NCBI RefSeq assembly: GCF_021028975.2
Contig: NC_059432.1
Coordinates: 80,848,001-80,912,000 of the forward strand
Direction of reading: 5' to 3'
Source: Sphaerodactylus townsendi
Taxonomy: Eukaryota
DNA length: 64,000 bases
Shown here: piece by piece, positions 37,771 through 50,935 of the stretch
How positions within the stretch are numbered: the stretch's first letter is position 1
Layout of the letters: each line of letters begins with the position of its first letter
The notes under the pieces: generated by a model
What the model saw: only the letters and a program-made list of their open reading frames with translations
What the model was told of the DNA's origin: nothing
Database searches by the model: none
Translations under genes and position numbers: made by a program

Positions 37771-38459
37771 CATGAGAGCAGTTGTCATGGAAGAGCTTAG
37801 GAAGAGTATCTTACTATGCAGAGTATCCTACTATTCGGTAGCTAATCAAATTGAAGGGGCAGAACAACACTGTGCAATTCTGTTGATGGCCTGCAGAGCA
37901 AAAAGTGTTCTCTATTTTCCGTTCTCTAACAGCCCCCTCAGGACCAAAACCTATGGAGTCTTGTCTCCCATTATAGTGATAAGTGTCGCAGCATTCCCTT
38001 TCATTGTCTGCTGGTGGAAGGAAAGGGGGCAGAAGAATGAATTTGTGCTAGAGTTGCACTGATGCATCTGCTAACTTCTGGTAAAAACTGGAAGTGACAT
38101 AGGGGACAGTCTCATATTTCACAGAATTGCTGTAGAAAACTTTGATTTGGTCTGCCTCACTCACTACATGGGATGCCTTTGTCTCTTTCCTCAAAGTCAT
38201 TTGAGGCCTATCTTCACCCCTTGTGTAACAGTTACAGTGTCAAGTTATCATCTGGGAGACTTGAGTTTGAATAGTCTTCCTTGGAAGCTAGCTGTGTGAT
38301 CAGGGGCCAGTCACTCTGTCTCTCAGCCTAACTCATATCCCAGGCTTGTGGCAACAAGAAGTGATGTTGTAATGTGCTGTGGGGCAATTAAACAGATGTT
38401 GATGTTACCAGGCTTCAGTGATCATGTGCACTATTTATAATATAGCTATATGGAGAAGG

Positions 38460-38902
38460 GGCAGCCCTGTGCAAAAGCCAGGCACCCAGCCTGCCCCCTC
38501 CGCTCCCCGAGGCTTCCTGATGGCTTGGGAAGGCTCAAAAAGTCATAAAGCCTCCCTGCCACTGAGAACTCTCTATGGGCCTCAATGGACTTATGCCGAC
38601 AAAAAGTGTGACTTAAGTACAACGTACAGGCAGCAAAATATTGCCAACAAAGGCCAGGAGGGAGCCAACTAAGTTTAGCTTCTCCCCTGGGCCACCCCCG
38701 CTGTGCTGGCAGCAGCAGGGGCCCTGGGATGCTGAGGTGGTATCCAATGCTGTGTTCCAGTGCCAGGGGGCTGTGGCGGCCTCACTCTGGCAGAATCATC
38801 CCTCTGCCAGGGTAAATGCCCAGGGGAGGGCAAATCCACTGGTGTTGTGGCACGCCGATCCCATGAGTTGATACGCCCCCCCCCCTTTGGATGGGACTCT
38901 TA
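38460..38902. mobile_element. GC-rich non-autonomous element (related copy about 48425-48875)
   Basis: Both copies end in CCCCC..(TG/TA)GGAT(G/T)GG and carry a central CCATAGGG/CTATGGG-AATGG motif; GC-rich against the flanks. Confidence 0.4.
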
Positions 38903-40460
38903 GGTGGATTCTGCACAGTGCAAATATAATGGATGTAAAGTGCAATACAAACCAGCAGTGAAAGCCTTGGACAATACATTGCAATACAAACCGTTTGTGG
39001 GGAGAGGACTTTGACAGGTCCCATCCCCAAAGTAAGTTTGCCCTGTTTTATTTCCTTCAACCTGGGATTTTTGAAAACCACTAAACCAGCTATTATTTTG
39101 CAAAATCCTGGATTGGAACCACTCCCGTGTGAATGGCCAGGCAGGAGGCACTTCATTTCCCTCCCTTCCAGTCAGGGAGAATCTACCTGCTACAGCACAC
39201 GCTCATTAATGCCCTGCCATTGCAGGATGGTCCCTTTTTCTTTTCATTTTTTAATTTTGCATGTTACACATGCCCAGCTGCACAGGTGCAGCCGATAGTA
39301 TTGTGGGATGATTGGCATGGCTGTGAGGGTTCATTTCTGTTTGCCTGCACAGCTGCACATGTGTTGCAGGAAATAAAAAAAAGAGAAGAGTCTCCATGCG
39401 AAGGCATGAAAGCAACCAGAATTGTTTCCACGGGCTCCAATTGCTGCCTGCACGGCACATATGTGAACAGGAAAATGAATCACAAATCGTGTCTGCCACT
39501 GGTCACAGTTGGCCTTTCAATAACAGAGATGAAGTCTTCATGCTTAACTTACCTTTTTTTTAAAAAAAATGAATCCTAATTAAAAATCACAGTCAAGGTT
39601 TGTTTCACACAATTTGTGTAGATAAGCAGAGCTTCTTTTAAATGATGGTATACTGTAAGCAGCCTCAAATAGACAGAGGTGTTAAATGTAGAGCACGGTG
39701 CTCAACACAGAAGGCTATAAATGGAACAAGGTGCTAGATTGAATAAACACACTGTCTTTTGGAATCAGCATTCTGAAACATTACTTTCTTGTTATTTTCC
39801 ATCACTTAAACAGCTAGGCCAGAATTTCATTTTGATCAGCAGCTCTGTGAGTATTCTTTTTTTATTGCAGAATTGCAAATACAGAATGTTTCAAAGGACT
39901 GAGTATCCCAGTAATTTATGAATGGATTCATGTTTCCCGCAAAACCATCCATCATCAAGAATGCAACTCTCCTTCTTAAAACTGAAGTAAGATTATTCTA
40001 TCTCAGCCAAATGCAAAGCCTTTCCTAGCCATTTGGAGATTGATGGAACCTTGGGGGATCTCGAGTATGTAGCTGAGACAATTGCTGTACCAGAATTACA
40101 TTTTCAATAAGTAATCTATCCATAGGCTGAACAGGTTATTCAACAGGACAGTGAACGGATTTTATCTTATCCTATCATCAGTCAAAAATTAAGTTGTTTG
40201 CAATACTTTTCTCTTAAATTCTCAGCTGATTTACACTCCAACAATGTTGTTTAAATTCGCCATCCCTTCCCTGTAAATAATGTATGAAATATAATTTCTT
40301 GTGATATGTTTAAAAGACAAATTGTTCATTGAGGTCTCTTTAAGAAAAAGGCTCATTATGCAAACCAGACAGATCAATTATGAATGACTATTCCAGAGTG
40401 TTCACATTATGGACAAATTGGAGTTGCCAACCTCCAGTAGAGTTTGGAGATTCCCTAAAT

Positions 40461-40584
40461 CTGTGGTGGCGAACCTTTGGCACTCCAGATGTTGTGGACT
40501 ACAATTCCCAATTGGCCATGCTAGCAGGGGTTGATGGGAATTGTAGTCCATAACATCTGGAGTGCCAAAGGTTCGCCACCACTG
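40461..40584. mobile_element. hAT-type palindromic MITE (124 bp) nested in a GGTTGCCA-type MITE
   Basis: TIR C(T/A)GTGGTGGCGAACCTTTGGCACTCCAGATGTT; perfect 8-bp TSD CCCTAAAT. Confidence 0.92.
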
Positions 40585-40677
40585 CCCTAAATTATGACTG
40601 GTTTCCAGATGACAGAGATCAGTTCACCTGGGAAAAAGCGGCTGCTGTAGAACATGGACTGCATGGCATGATACCCC

Positions 40678-41100
40678 ATCTCTGTCTTACAGGCCCTACA
40701 GAATTGCATTAAGTCCCACAGGGCACAGGGCTCACTTGACAGAGTTCCACCAGGAACCAAAAAGATCCTGGCTCTGGTTGAGGACAGCCAGATAGTCTTT
40801 GGGCCAGGGACCACCAGTAAGTTGTCCCCAGCAGAGCAAAGTGCTCTGGGGGGGGGGGCATATATTGAGAGATCTGGTCACACAATTATGAAGGTCTCGG
40901 ACTGTTAAGAGCTTTAAAGGTTAAACCAAAACCTTGAATCAGATTGGTGCTCCACCTGGAACTAGTGCAGTTGGTGGAGCAATGGTTGAACAGATGCTCT
41001 CTATAGGGTTCCCACAAGGATCTGCACCACAGCATTATTGGTCAGCTGGAGTATCCAGAGCAGTTTCAAGGGTAGCCCAGCACACAGTGTGTTACAGTAA
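40678..41100 (-). mobile_element. L2 LINE ORF2 C-terminal relic
   Basis: YCNTLCAGLP, QGFGLTFKAL, GPKTIWLSSTRARIF, QFCRACKTE motifs. Confidence 0.75.
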
Positions 41101-44100
41101 AAGATAGAACCATCCCATAATGCAGGATGCCTTACCAAAAAAAATAATTGTGTCTTCAGAATGGAATACACTAGGGCTCAATATTGTGAGCAAAAAAGGC
41201 TGAATACCAGTACAGGACAGCTTAAACTCATGGGCATGACTCCTACCTGAGTTTTCTTCTTCTGTATGACCAATTTTGCCAATCCCCCTGTGACAGACCT
41301 CAGGAGTGGGCAGAGGCAGATAAACCTGACTCTAAAGTGTTAATCCCTCACAGAGCCTGAGTGTATGAGTGACAGCCTATGAGTGGGAGGGTTCACCATT
41401 TCAGTAATATGATTGGCGGCAGTGTGGTTTCTTGAGATAGATTTCTGCCGGAGCCACTTCCTCACAAAACTGTCTTTCCAGTAACTGTACATAAATTTTA
41501 TTTTTAATAAATAGCCACTAAATGGTTGTTCAAGCAGAGTACACTAGCTGCATTTATGGCTTATAATGAATATCTGTTGCTACATGAGTAATACACAACA
41601 TGCACAGAATGGCTGTGAGTCAACACCATCTCTACTGCCTGGTATAGATCAGTGGTTTCTTTTGATGAGAAAGTCACAGTGTTGCTATTCCAACACTTAT
41701 ACCCTTGAAGCATCATCCATATTTGTGCATTCAGAGCTCTGTTCTTAGAAACACAACTATTATTACAAGAGTAGTCAATATTGCTACTCACAGATCCAAA
41801 TGCTCCCCGCTGAGTTTTCCTTTATATTATATACTACAAGGGAGACAGTGGCAACCACTTGAGGTGAGCATCTTATTTTCCTTGCCCCATTATTTCCTCT
41901 GCCCCTTTCCTGAAAGCCCCCATAGAGTCTCCCCTTTTCTTTGCCTTTTTCTCTCCTTCCCACCTGCCAACCTACTTTTATCTTTTCCCGTCTTTAGTTT
42001 CTCCTCCTTTCCTCCCCTGGCAGCCACTTCCTAGGAAATCTCTACTCAGTTCCACCTGCTTCACATCAGCCTAGTTGCACAGTGATGAGGACGTGTGGAG
42101 GCACCTCACTTTCTGCTGTGTCCCTCCTCCTATACTATTTTCTCTTTTCCTCCTCCTGGCAGCCCCCATACCCTCAACTTTCCTTGTTTCCTTCTCTCCT
42201 TTTTACCACTCACCAACCAACCTTTTATCTGCCCCCCAATCTTCAGCTATATTATTTATTTTCTTCTTTTATACCTCACTTTTCTCCTTCACAGGTATCC
42301 AAAGACACAGTCTTGTTTTCCATTTTATCTTCTACCTGTGAGGTAGGTTAGGCTGAGAGTATGTAACAGACCCATAGCAGAGTTCCCATAGCAGAGTAAA
42401 TATTCTAACCTGGGTCTCCCAGATCCTAATCTGAAACCTTAATTACTACAACATACTGACTTTCATGGGATGAAACTGCCTTAAGCGGATAGCTTGAACA
42501 GCCAGGCCTGGAGTGGAAGTCATGCAATACGAGTTGGAGTGGTTATACAAAGAATCCACCCTGGTAAGGTTGCCGGATGCCAGGCCTGACCCCAATGAGG
42601 TCAAAACACTTCTGGAAAGGGCCTTGCCTTCTCCTCCTGCTCTTTACTAACAGAAACCAAGGCATGAAATTTGGCAATATGTTTGTGGTTGCCTAGCAAT
42701 GGCTACCAAGAATCCAAATTTTCCATTCTAATCATTGAGCTTTCCTGTGATGCAAGGTTCTTCAAGCATAAGGAACCTTGTTGAGGTGGAAGAAATGTAT
42801 TTTTCCTTCACAAGGTTTCTTGAGTTGAAAGAAGGCTCTACCATTGATGAAATGGAATTTCTGCATCCACCCTAGTAGGTCTAAGCTCCAGGAAAATATG
42901 CATAACTTCTGCCTGTTCATACAAAAATGTGGAGCATGGGAATCAGATGAACCATAGGAAATATTGGAGAGCTATTGCAAAAGGCTTCTCCAAAAAAGCT
43001 GCTCAACTACAAGTATACCTAGTCTTTGCTCAATTGCAAAGCAATTAAATTTTCCCACTTCAGAACTGTGTTATGAGGCACAGAGTGGCTGATAATATTC
43101 ATACAGATGGTTACCTTGAAATTGGCTGGGCTGAATACTGAGGTCCTTGTTTGTGAAATTCCAGTATGTCTAGACAAGCACTACATAAAAAGCCCAAACA
43201 ACTAAGAACAAGATTTCAGTGTCTGAAGCACTGATTTAAGAAGATGTTCCCTCTTCTCAAAACATATCAGCTGCAGCAGAATACTGGTACAGGCCACCAG
43301 TGGAAGCCTGCATTTTCCAGGATGAATCACTCTATTATCAAACAAATGGAATGAAGGTTGACAGTGGAGGTTGAATCCAGCAAATGCTGTTTCAAGCAAC
43401 ATTTCACAGATGATCAATATTAGTTACACCTGGGATCTGCAAAATATCTATACCCCAGTCTTAAAGACAGCCTTTAAAGCCATGTTACAATGATGTTCTT
43501 TATGTTTACTTGTGTGTTCTTTTTTAGCTTCTCTTGCCAAACTTACTTTAACTTGTATTTGCTCATGGTCCCATAAGAATGGCTGAGAAAAGAAAGAGGG
43601 TTACTGTATAATTGGGCCTGTATAACAGTGTCTTCTTAATATGTTTATAGATTTATTTGTTGAGCTTTTTTCCTACCCTTCTTTCTAGATCTCAGGATGG
43701 TTCTTCCCTCCACTATTTTATTCTCACCATAAACCAGTGAGACAAGTAGCATAAAAGTGCTACTTGACCAGATTTTTGACCAGAAAAGTGACTGGTCAAA
43801 AATTAGCCATGAGCTTCATGGTTGAAGAGGGATTTGAACTTCTCTCAGATCCCAGTCCAATACTCTAACCTCTGACCCCCACTAAGGATGTCAGTCTTCA
43901 GGTGGGATCTGGGGATCTCCTGGAATTTCAGCTCCAGAGTCCATACTACAAAAATAAGTTCCCCCAGAGAAAGTGGATGATTTGGAGGGTGAATTCTATG
44001 GCATTGTACCCCATTGAGGTCGTACTCCTACCCAGGCTCCATCCTGAAATCTCTAGGAGTTTCCCAACCTGGATCTAGCAACCCAACCATTCCACCCTTG

Positions 44101-44598
44101 TTGATGGCCAAAGCAGGCATGGAAACTCTAAGCCCCTCCACTAGCTCACACAGGTTTCTTATTTCTGCAGTATCAGTGTGAACACTGCGTGAACATGGTT
44201 ATATGCCAAAATATTACAATGACGGACTTCTAAGTGGCAATTGAAGCACACCAGAAATGCCACTGGCACCTGGAGGGAGCACTGCATCTTTAACTATTTG
44301 TTTGCAATCCTTGTCTCCTTTAAAAGGTCTGGAGACTTCAATAGTTGACAGCTATTTTAGTTCATGGAGCATGAGCTCTGGAGGCCCAATCTCTATAAGC
44401 AGTAGCAGATCTATGGGGACAGAGTGGGGAGGCGACCCAGGCACCACTTCAAGGTGTCACATAGGGGGTGCCATTAGGCTTGTCCCCCCTGCACCCACCA
44501 AATAAACCGTTTTGGTAGGTACTGTCATTCAAAGAGTCATTGGGTCACAATGGCAGCAGCCAGCTACTTCTACTCCCGCTCCAGCCTGCAGGAGTGGT

Positions 44599-44646
44599 GC
44601 CAAGCCAAGCCAAGCCAAGCCAAGCCAAGCCAAGCCAAGCCAAGCA
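44599..44646. repeat. (CCAAG)n pentanucleotide microsatellite
   Basis: about 9 tandem copies. Confidence 0.95.
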
Positions 44647-44651
44647 ACAAG

Positions 44652-44975
44652 TGAGCAGGCAGGCAAGTTCAGGGACTGGGAAATCCCGGGCCTGCCACTT
44701 GGCCAGGCCATCCCTGGCAGGGTGGGGGCTGCTCTATCAGCACTGGACTTTGGTGCAGCCACTTCTTCTCCTGGCTTGCCCACTCTTCTTCCTTTTTCCT
44801 CTGCTTCTTCCTTCTGCTCTATCCCAGGGAAAGGGAAGAAGAGCGGGGAAGCTGGGCAAAGAAGCAGTTGTGCAGAAGTCCAATGCTGACAGAGCAGCCC
44901 AACACCCCAGCTGGGAGGACTCAGCTGAGTGGCTGGCCTGGGATTGCCCAGTGCCCAGACTCACCCACCCACTCT
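44652..44975. repeat. long degenerate inverted repeat (about 145-bp arms) inside a GC-rich element spanning about 44400-45665
   Basis: 44652-44800 is the reverse complement of 44827-44975, e.g. GGGCTGCTCTATCAGCACTGGACTT / AAGTCCAATGCTGACAGAGCAGCCC. Confidence 0.8.
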
Positions 44976-46145
44976 CTTTTTGCTGTGTTCAGTTCACCAT
45001 CTCTCCTACAGGCCAGAGGGGGTGGGGAAGCAACTGGCTGGCCTCACACCCAATTTCCACATGGAGATGGGGTGAGGCAAGTCCAGCTAAACCTGTCTCC
45101 AACTACCTTGCCTCATATCCACATGCAGGGTGAGTGTGGGGCCAACCATGCCCTATCTCCATGAGCCTGTTTGAGCCTGGCATTAGCCTGCAGCTTAGAG
45201 CTGGATCCCAGCCTGACTGAGGCCAGGCTTAGACTGAACACGCAGCTGGTCCTCCTCTACGTTTATACTGTTGGCTCTACTCTTAAGCGCCACCTGACTG
45301 GAGATGGAGCTGGTGGGGGGGGGGGTGGACCCAACAGTATAAAGGTACAGGAGGACTAGCTGTGTGCTTAGTTTGCTGTTGGTCCCAGCCAGCTAAGACC
45401 TGTAGCAAACAGCCATTCCAAACTCCACATGGAGATCGGGGCAGGGCAGCTGGCTCTGCACTTGAACTTCACATGGAGTTTGGGAGAGGGTCCAGCCTGA
45501 CTGGCCCCCTCCCAAACTCCACCTGGAGTTGGGAGTAGCCAGCCTTTAACTGCAATCCACCCCGAATGGGACAGGAGTGCAATTTTGAGAATGGACATGG
45601 CTATGTGCCCCCCAGGAAGTGACACCCAGGGCTCTAGCCCCCTTGTGTCTCTTCACAACACAATGGTTTCATTCTCCAGCAGCTTTAGGTTCCTTCATTC
45701 CAGTACTGGCACACCTCTGGCATGGGAAGGAGGTTTGAGATACAAAGAAAAGTTTAAAAAGAGCAGAAAAAAGGGGGGCAAAGATGAAGAATGAGTCTGA
45801 TGGCATCTTTCTGATGCTGTTCTGTTGAGTGTGTGTGAGAGATGCTGTACTTTCCCCAAATCTATAAATTATCCTGATTCTAATAGTAGTAATTATCAAA
45901 TACTAATTGTCAAATAACAAAATACCAAAAGATACAGAAGTTTTTTTAAAAAAACCCTCAGAAATAAAATAGTAATTTGCTCATGCTTTGTTTGAGACAA
46001 TGCTTTGTTTAAACATAAGAACTCCACTGTTGAAAAGTATAACAAGTGTTAAACAGAGGTAAAGGGAGGTGAGAGCCAAAAATTTGTCTGAGTACTGCTG
46101 AAGTGATTTCATGCACAATAGAAAAAGATAAAGAGCAAGTTCTCT

Positions 46146-47486
46146 CAGAGGCGTTCCTCCCATTGGGCAAAGTGGGCAGTTGCCCAGGGCGCCCCCTTGT
46201 GGGGGGCGCAAAAACTGCAGTTTTTTTGTGGGATTTTTTTGTATTTTCAGTGTTTTTTGGTTTTTGGCCTGCAGAGGGTGCAGTTTTTAGGCTAGCAGCA
46301 CCAAAATTTCAGGGATTTTTCAGGAGACGCTCCTGATGATATCACCCAGGTTTGGTGAAGTTTGGTTTAGGGAGTCCAAAGTTATGGACTCCCAAAAGGA
46401 GTGCCCCTATCCCACATTGTTTCCAATGGGAGCTAATAGGAGATGGGGGCTACAATTTTGAGGGTCCATAACTTTGGACCCCTGAACCAAATTTCACCAA
46501 ACCTTGGTGGTATCATCAGTAGGGCCTCATGAAGTTGGAAGATACTCTGAAATGTTGGAATCCACACCAAAATAGCATCACTTTCAATGTTGTTTAAACT
46601 GGGAACCAGTTTGGAAGATACTCTGAAATGTTGGTGCTGCTATCTTAATAATTGCACCCCTGACAGCAGGCACCCCCTAAATTTCCCCAGATTTTCCTTN
46701 NNNNNNNNNNNNNNNNNNNNNNNNNNNNNNNNNNNNNNNNNNNNNNNNNNNNNNNNNNNNNNNNNNNNNNNNNNNNNNNNNNNNNNNNNNNNNNNNNNNN
46801 NNNNNNNNNNNNNNNNNNNNNNNNNNNNNNNNNNNNNNNNNNNNNNNNNTTAGGTTTCTTTGGCATGGATTTAAAAGGAGAATCTGGGCTCCCTAGTTTA
46901 AACACCATTGAAAATGATGCTGTTTCGGGCTGGATTCCAGCATCACTTGTTTAAACTAGGCAGCCCAGATTCTCCTTTTAAATCCACAGCAAAAGATCTG
47001 GAGTCTAAGGCTCCTAGTTTAAACTGCATAGGTAGAAATGAAGTGCTGTTGGGCTGGATTCCAGCATCAGCGACAAACTAGGCAGCCCAGATTCTCCTAA
47101 ATCCTGTAAAAGATCCTAGGAGTCCCCCCAGTTTAAAATAACATTGAGAAGTGATGCTGTTTCCCCAATTGGGGAGACTGGATACAACATCATAAAATGT
47201 TTTCATAGCAGTAATAAAACATTTTGAAAGCATTTTGAAAATGTTTTCAAAAATTATTTCTGCTGTGTGGCATGGCCCATTGCTGTGTTCCAAGATTTGT
47301 AGGGGGAGTTGGGGCATGTTCTTTGAAATGTCTTGATTGGTGACTTAGAAGCGACCTGCTGGAAAAAAAATCATTTGCTTGGTCTACAGATTGGGAGGAA
47401 TTTAGGAGGGGTGGCCGCCCATGTTGTTGAGGGGGCATCAAACTCAGGTTTTGCCCAGGGCTCCAGTTTGCATAGGTATGCCACTG
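46146..47486. mobile_element. non-autonomous hAT element (about 1.3 kb, includes a gap)
   Basis: TIRs CAGAGGCGTTCCT / AGGTATGCCACTG; perfect 8-bp TSD AGTTCTCT; internal palindromes and tandem sub-repeats. Confidence 0.88.
46700..46849. other. assembly gap
   Basis: run of N. Confidence 1.
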
Positions 47487-47560
47487 AGTTCTCTAGAGAA
47501 ACAATTTTTATCACAAAGTTTATCGTTCACCTAGTTGGCTGATGTTTCTAAGTTCAGCAT

Positions 47561-47701
47561 GGCTCATTCCGCACATGCAGAATAATGCACTTTCAAACTG
47601 CTTTCAGTGCTCTTTGAAGCTGTGCAGAATGGCAAAATCCACTTGCAAACAGTTGTGAAAGTGGTTTGAAAACACATTATTTTGTGTGTGCGGAAGGGGC
47701 C
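47561..47701. mobile_element. 141-bp PIF/Harbinger-type MITE
   Basis: TIRs GGCTCATTCCGCACA / TGTGCGGAAGGGGCC; 3-bp TSD CAT. Confidence 0.9.
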
Positions 47702-50243
47702 CATGTCTGCATCTGAGTCTGAAATTTGGCAGACAAGCCAAATTTTATTTTCCTTAACTGAAAGATATCTAGGTTCCCCTAACTTTTAAATTCAGTGAAC
47801 TGTTCAGAATTGCACTTCTTTTTCTAACATGCAGTACTGTATGTATATAAAACAGTCTGACAAGATTAATTTCAAAGAGCATTTTTCTAAATTTAGGAAC
47901 ACAACCCAAAGCTGGTGCTAAAGTTGAAACACATTAAGCATTCCCTTCCCAAGAAAAAAAAATTAATCTATTTACTGGAATACAAAATAAATTGGTACCT
48001 CCTGTATTCCAAAAATAGCTCTCAAGAGTTCCAGGCTACAGCCTTGAACTACTTGAAATACATACTTATGATTTTGAAATAATTACGTTAGGCTAAAGAC
48101 TTGTCAGACTACAAGTTATCTGTTTCCTTTCACTTTGTATTTCTTCTTAGGTGTCTAGCAATATACGTTCACTTTGGCTAGTTGCTATCAGCACCGTGGA
48201 TTCTGGATGAGACCCAGCGTGATCTTCCTACACGTCATTCCCATGAGAAGACTCATCCCAGAGGCATACAAGTGTGGTCTTCTGCATATGTTACATTTAA
48301 CTCCATAGTGTAAGGTGATTAAAATAGAGGCCTGCCCTACAGTACTACTATAAGGATTACAAGATAATGTATGTGAAGTGCTTTGAACAGTAAAAAGGAT
48401 ATGCAAATACAGGCAGCTTAGTTCTCAGCTCAAGGGGGGGGGGTACTAGCGCTCCACCACCCCATCATCTTGCGATGGCTTTCTGGCAGTGTGGGGAGGC
48501 AGAAAGAAACCCAGCTGCTGAAAAGTCCTCCATAGGGCTTAATGGGATTAAATCACTCAAAAGGGTGGCATAAGTCCAAGCCTCAGGCCAGGACGCAACT
48601 GCCCTCAAACCCAGTGTGGAAGCCAACTAACATCGGCTCCACCCTCAGGAATGACCTGCCCCCCCCCTCCCATGCTGATTGGATGCCAGTGTTGCTCTGC
48701 AGCAGCTCAGACCTCCTGGTTTCACCATCACAGAAATGAGGGGCAGCCTGCCGCTGGCTTCCTTGCCTCCTCTGCTAGCCGGGGTGTTCCTTGCACTCGC
48801 AGAGGGGGCAAATGTACCAGTGCGGCCCCACACCATCTCCACAACACAATCCAGCCCCCCTCAATAGGATTGGGTGCTATTATTAAAAGGTGCTTGATAT
48901 ATCACTCAATACATCTATGTCCACCACTTGGATATAAACCATTATGTTCATGGATGCAAGGATCCTGAGAGTACAATTTTCTCTCCTCACTTTCCTGCAG
49001 CAGCCTGAAACGCCTCCTAAATTTGTGTTCTTGGAAAATTCCCAGACCTCCAGAAGCAATATTTTGAATGGCATTTTGGGATTACATGGGAGGAGTGAGG
49101 CAAGAGAGTTTCATCCCATGGGTCATTGCACCTATGGAAACATTAGCATGGATCCGAGCTAAGGATTCTAAGTATGAATTCATTAGAGAGGAACAGCAGC
49201 ATAGTTTTACTGTAGCATAAGGATAGCCAGAACTATCAGAGGGTCAATCAGGCCCCAAAAGTAATGAAAGATGTAAAAAGAAACAGGGATTTAGATCATT
49301 GTTAGGCAGCATGTTAGAATATGGGCATCTAGTCTATTTCAATGTATTCAATGATTTTTTACCTGAATTGGCCAGCGGGAGAGATGATGTCACAGAAACA
49401 TCACATTGGAGCAAATTTAGGCCACAGGTCTTTCATTTGCTTACACTTTGCAATAAACCAGTTGGAAAGAAAAAGAACAATAATTCATGTTAACTTCATT
49501 TTGCTTTTAGCTGAGACTAATATTGCATATCAGCCCTCCCTTTTATTACATCACATTTTGCACACTCAGAAAATCTCAGCAGGAAATGCCATCACACATG
49601 AGCTACAAAACAGTTAAGTTGAAGCACTTGTGAAATTTGCTAACTTGACCTCAGATCTTTTTGGAGACTTGCCTGTCCTCAAGTGTTTTAAAAAAATAAA
49701 AATAGAACATTGCCATTTTTTTCCTTTACAGATTCAGACACTTACCGGTATATCTTCTGTAATATTCTTTTTATGCAAAAAAGACCAACACTTTTTTTTC
49801 ATAAATGAAGCCCACTTTTGTTGGGCTTTTTTTTGACCAATCAAAATGAATAAAAAGAATACAAGCATGGACTCACAAGGAGTTGCAGACTAAATCTTAA
49901 TTCTGTCTCCCCCACTATTTCCTATTTTTGTTCCTTGAAAACCCCCATAGCCCATTTATACATGCACTATTTACCCCATGGCTGTTTACTTTGCAATGGG
50001 TTTTTCCCTTTTTTTGTTTACACAGGGATTCTCTTCCTGTGAAGTATTCCTAGCCAAACTGATCCACCATTTTGCCTGTCTGCCAGTTTCTTGTTGTTTC
50101 CATACAACCACCACTTGGGAAGCTTGCCTACCGCCTTTTCGGGCCGTGTGTGTGTGCGTGCGCACGCGCATGCTGTTTTTGGTGTTTGTTGTTGGTCTTT
50201 TAAAAACAATGAACAGAAGCGTCCAAGATTTTATCATATTAAT

Positions 50244-50280
50244 TCATTCATTTATTCATTCATTCATTCATTCATTCATT
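50244..50280. repeat. (TTCA)n microsatellite
   Basis: direct inspection. Confidence 0.95.
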
Positions 50281-50857
50281 TAGAGCAGGTCTCTGGAGAG
50301 ACAGCATATACATTTTCTTTAAGATCTTAGCTGGAGTTGAAGGGAGGGTTGCTGTGAGTCTCCCTCTTTACAAAGACATCTATTTCTCTCCAAGGTACTC
50401 CTTTGATTCTGTTTACTGTCAATGTAATCTGACTTTGATTGGTTTGGAAAAGCCATCCATCTTTGCTGGTTGTTGACAGACAAATCAAGGCTGTTTTCAC
50501 TCTTCCCTTCTCCCCCCCCCCCCCCAAATTAGAAAAGGAACTGAAAAAGGGATGAGGCAAGAATATGCCTTTAAGAAAAATCTCTAAAAGATACTTCTTA
50601 AGGAGGGGGAAATTATTTGCTCTGTGATAAAGTCATTTAATAAACTGGTCGCCTATAATAAGTTCAACATGAATAAATCACTAAGAAGTTGATTCTGTGA
50701 TAAGGAAATAAAGTCTGTGGGTATTGCAATAGGAACTGGTAAACTCAGTAACTTTATTTTTCAGGATATTGGCTACTGGTGTATTGCATGGAAATCTGCT
50801 AGTAGAACTATGATTTTATATAACTACATTCTAACTGCATACATCCCAAAATAAACA

Positions 50858-50935
50858 GGACTCTTGTTGTACCTTAAAAACAGTTTATTCCAACACAAGT
50901 TTTTGGGAATTAGAGCCCACTTCTTCAGCTGCAAC
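50858..50935 (-). mobile_element. 3'-terminal relic of a Penelope (Neptune-type) element with a decayed hammerhead motif
   Basis: Reverse complement CTGAAGAAGTGGGCTCTAATTCCCAAAAACTTGTGTTGGAATAAACTG...TAAGGTACAACAAGAG; shorter same-family tail TTAGTCTTAAAGGTGGCACATGACTCC near 52075-52100. Confidence 0.55.

Noticed and set aside
44512-45164. ORFs with AKPSQ repeats
   Set aside because: Translation of the (CCAAG)n microsatellite and a GC-rich inverted repeat.
46850-47160. CRISPR-like repeated AAACTAGGCAGCCCAGATTCTCC units
   Set aside because: Eukaryotic DNA; irregular direct and inverted sub-repeats inside a hAT element next to a gap; no unique spacers or cas genes.
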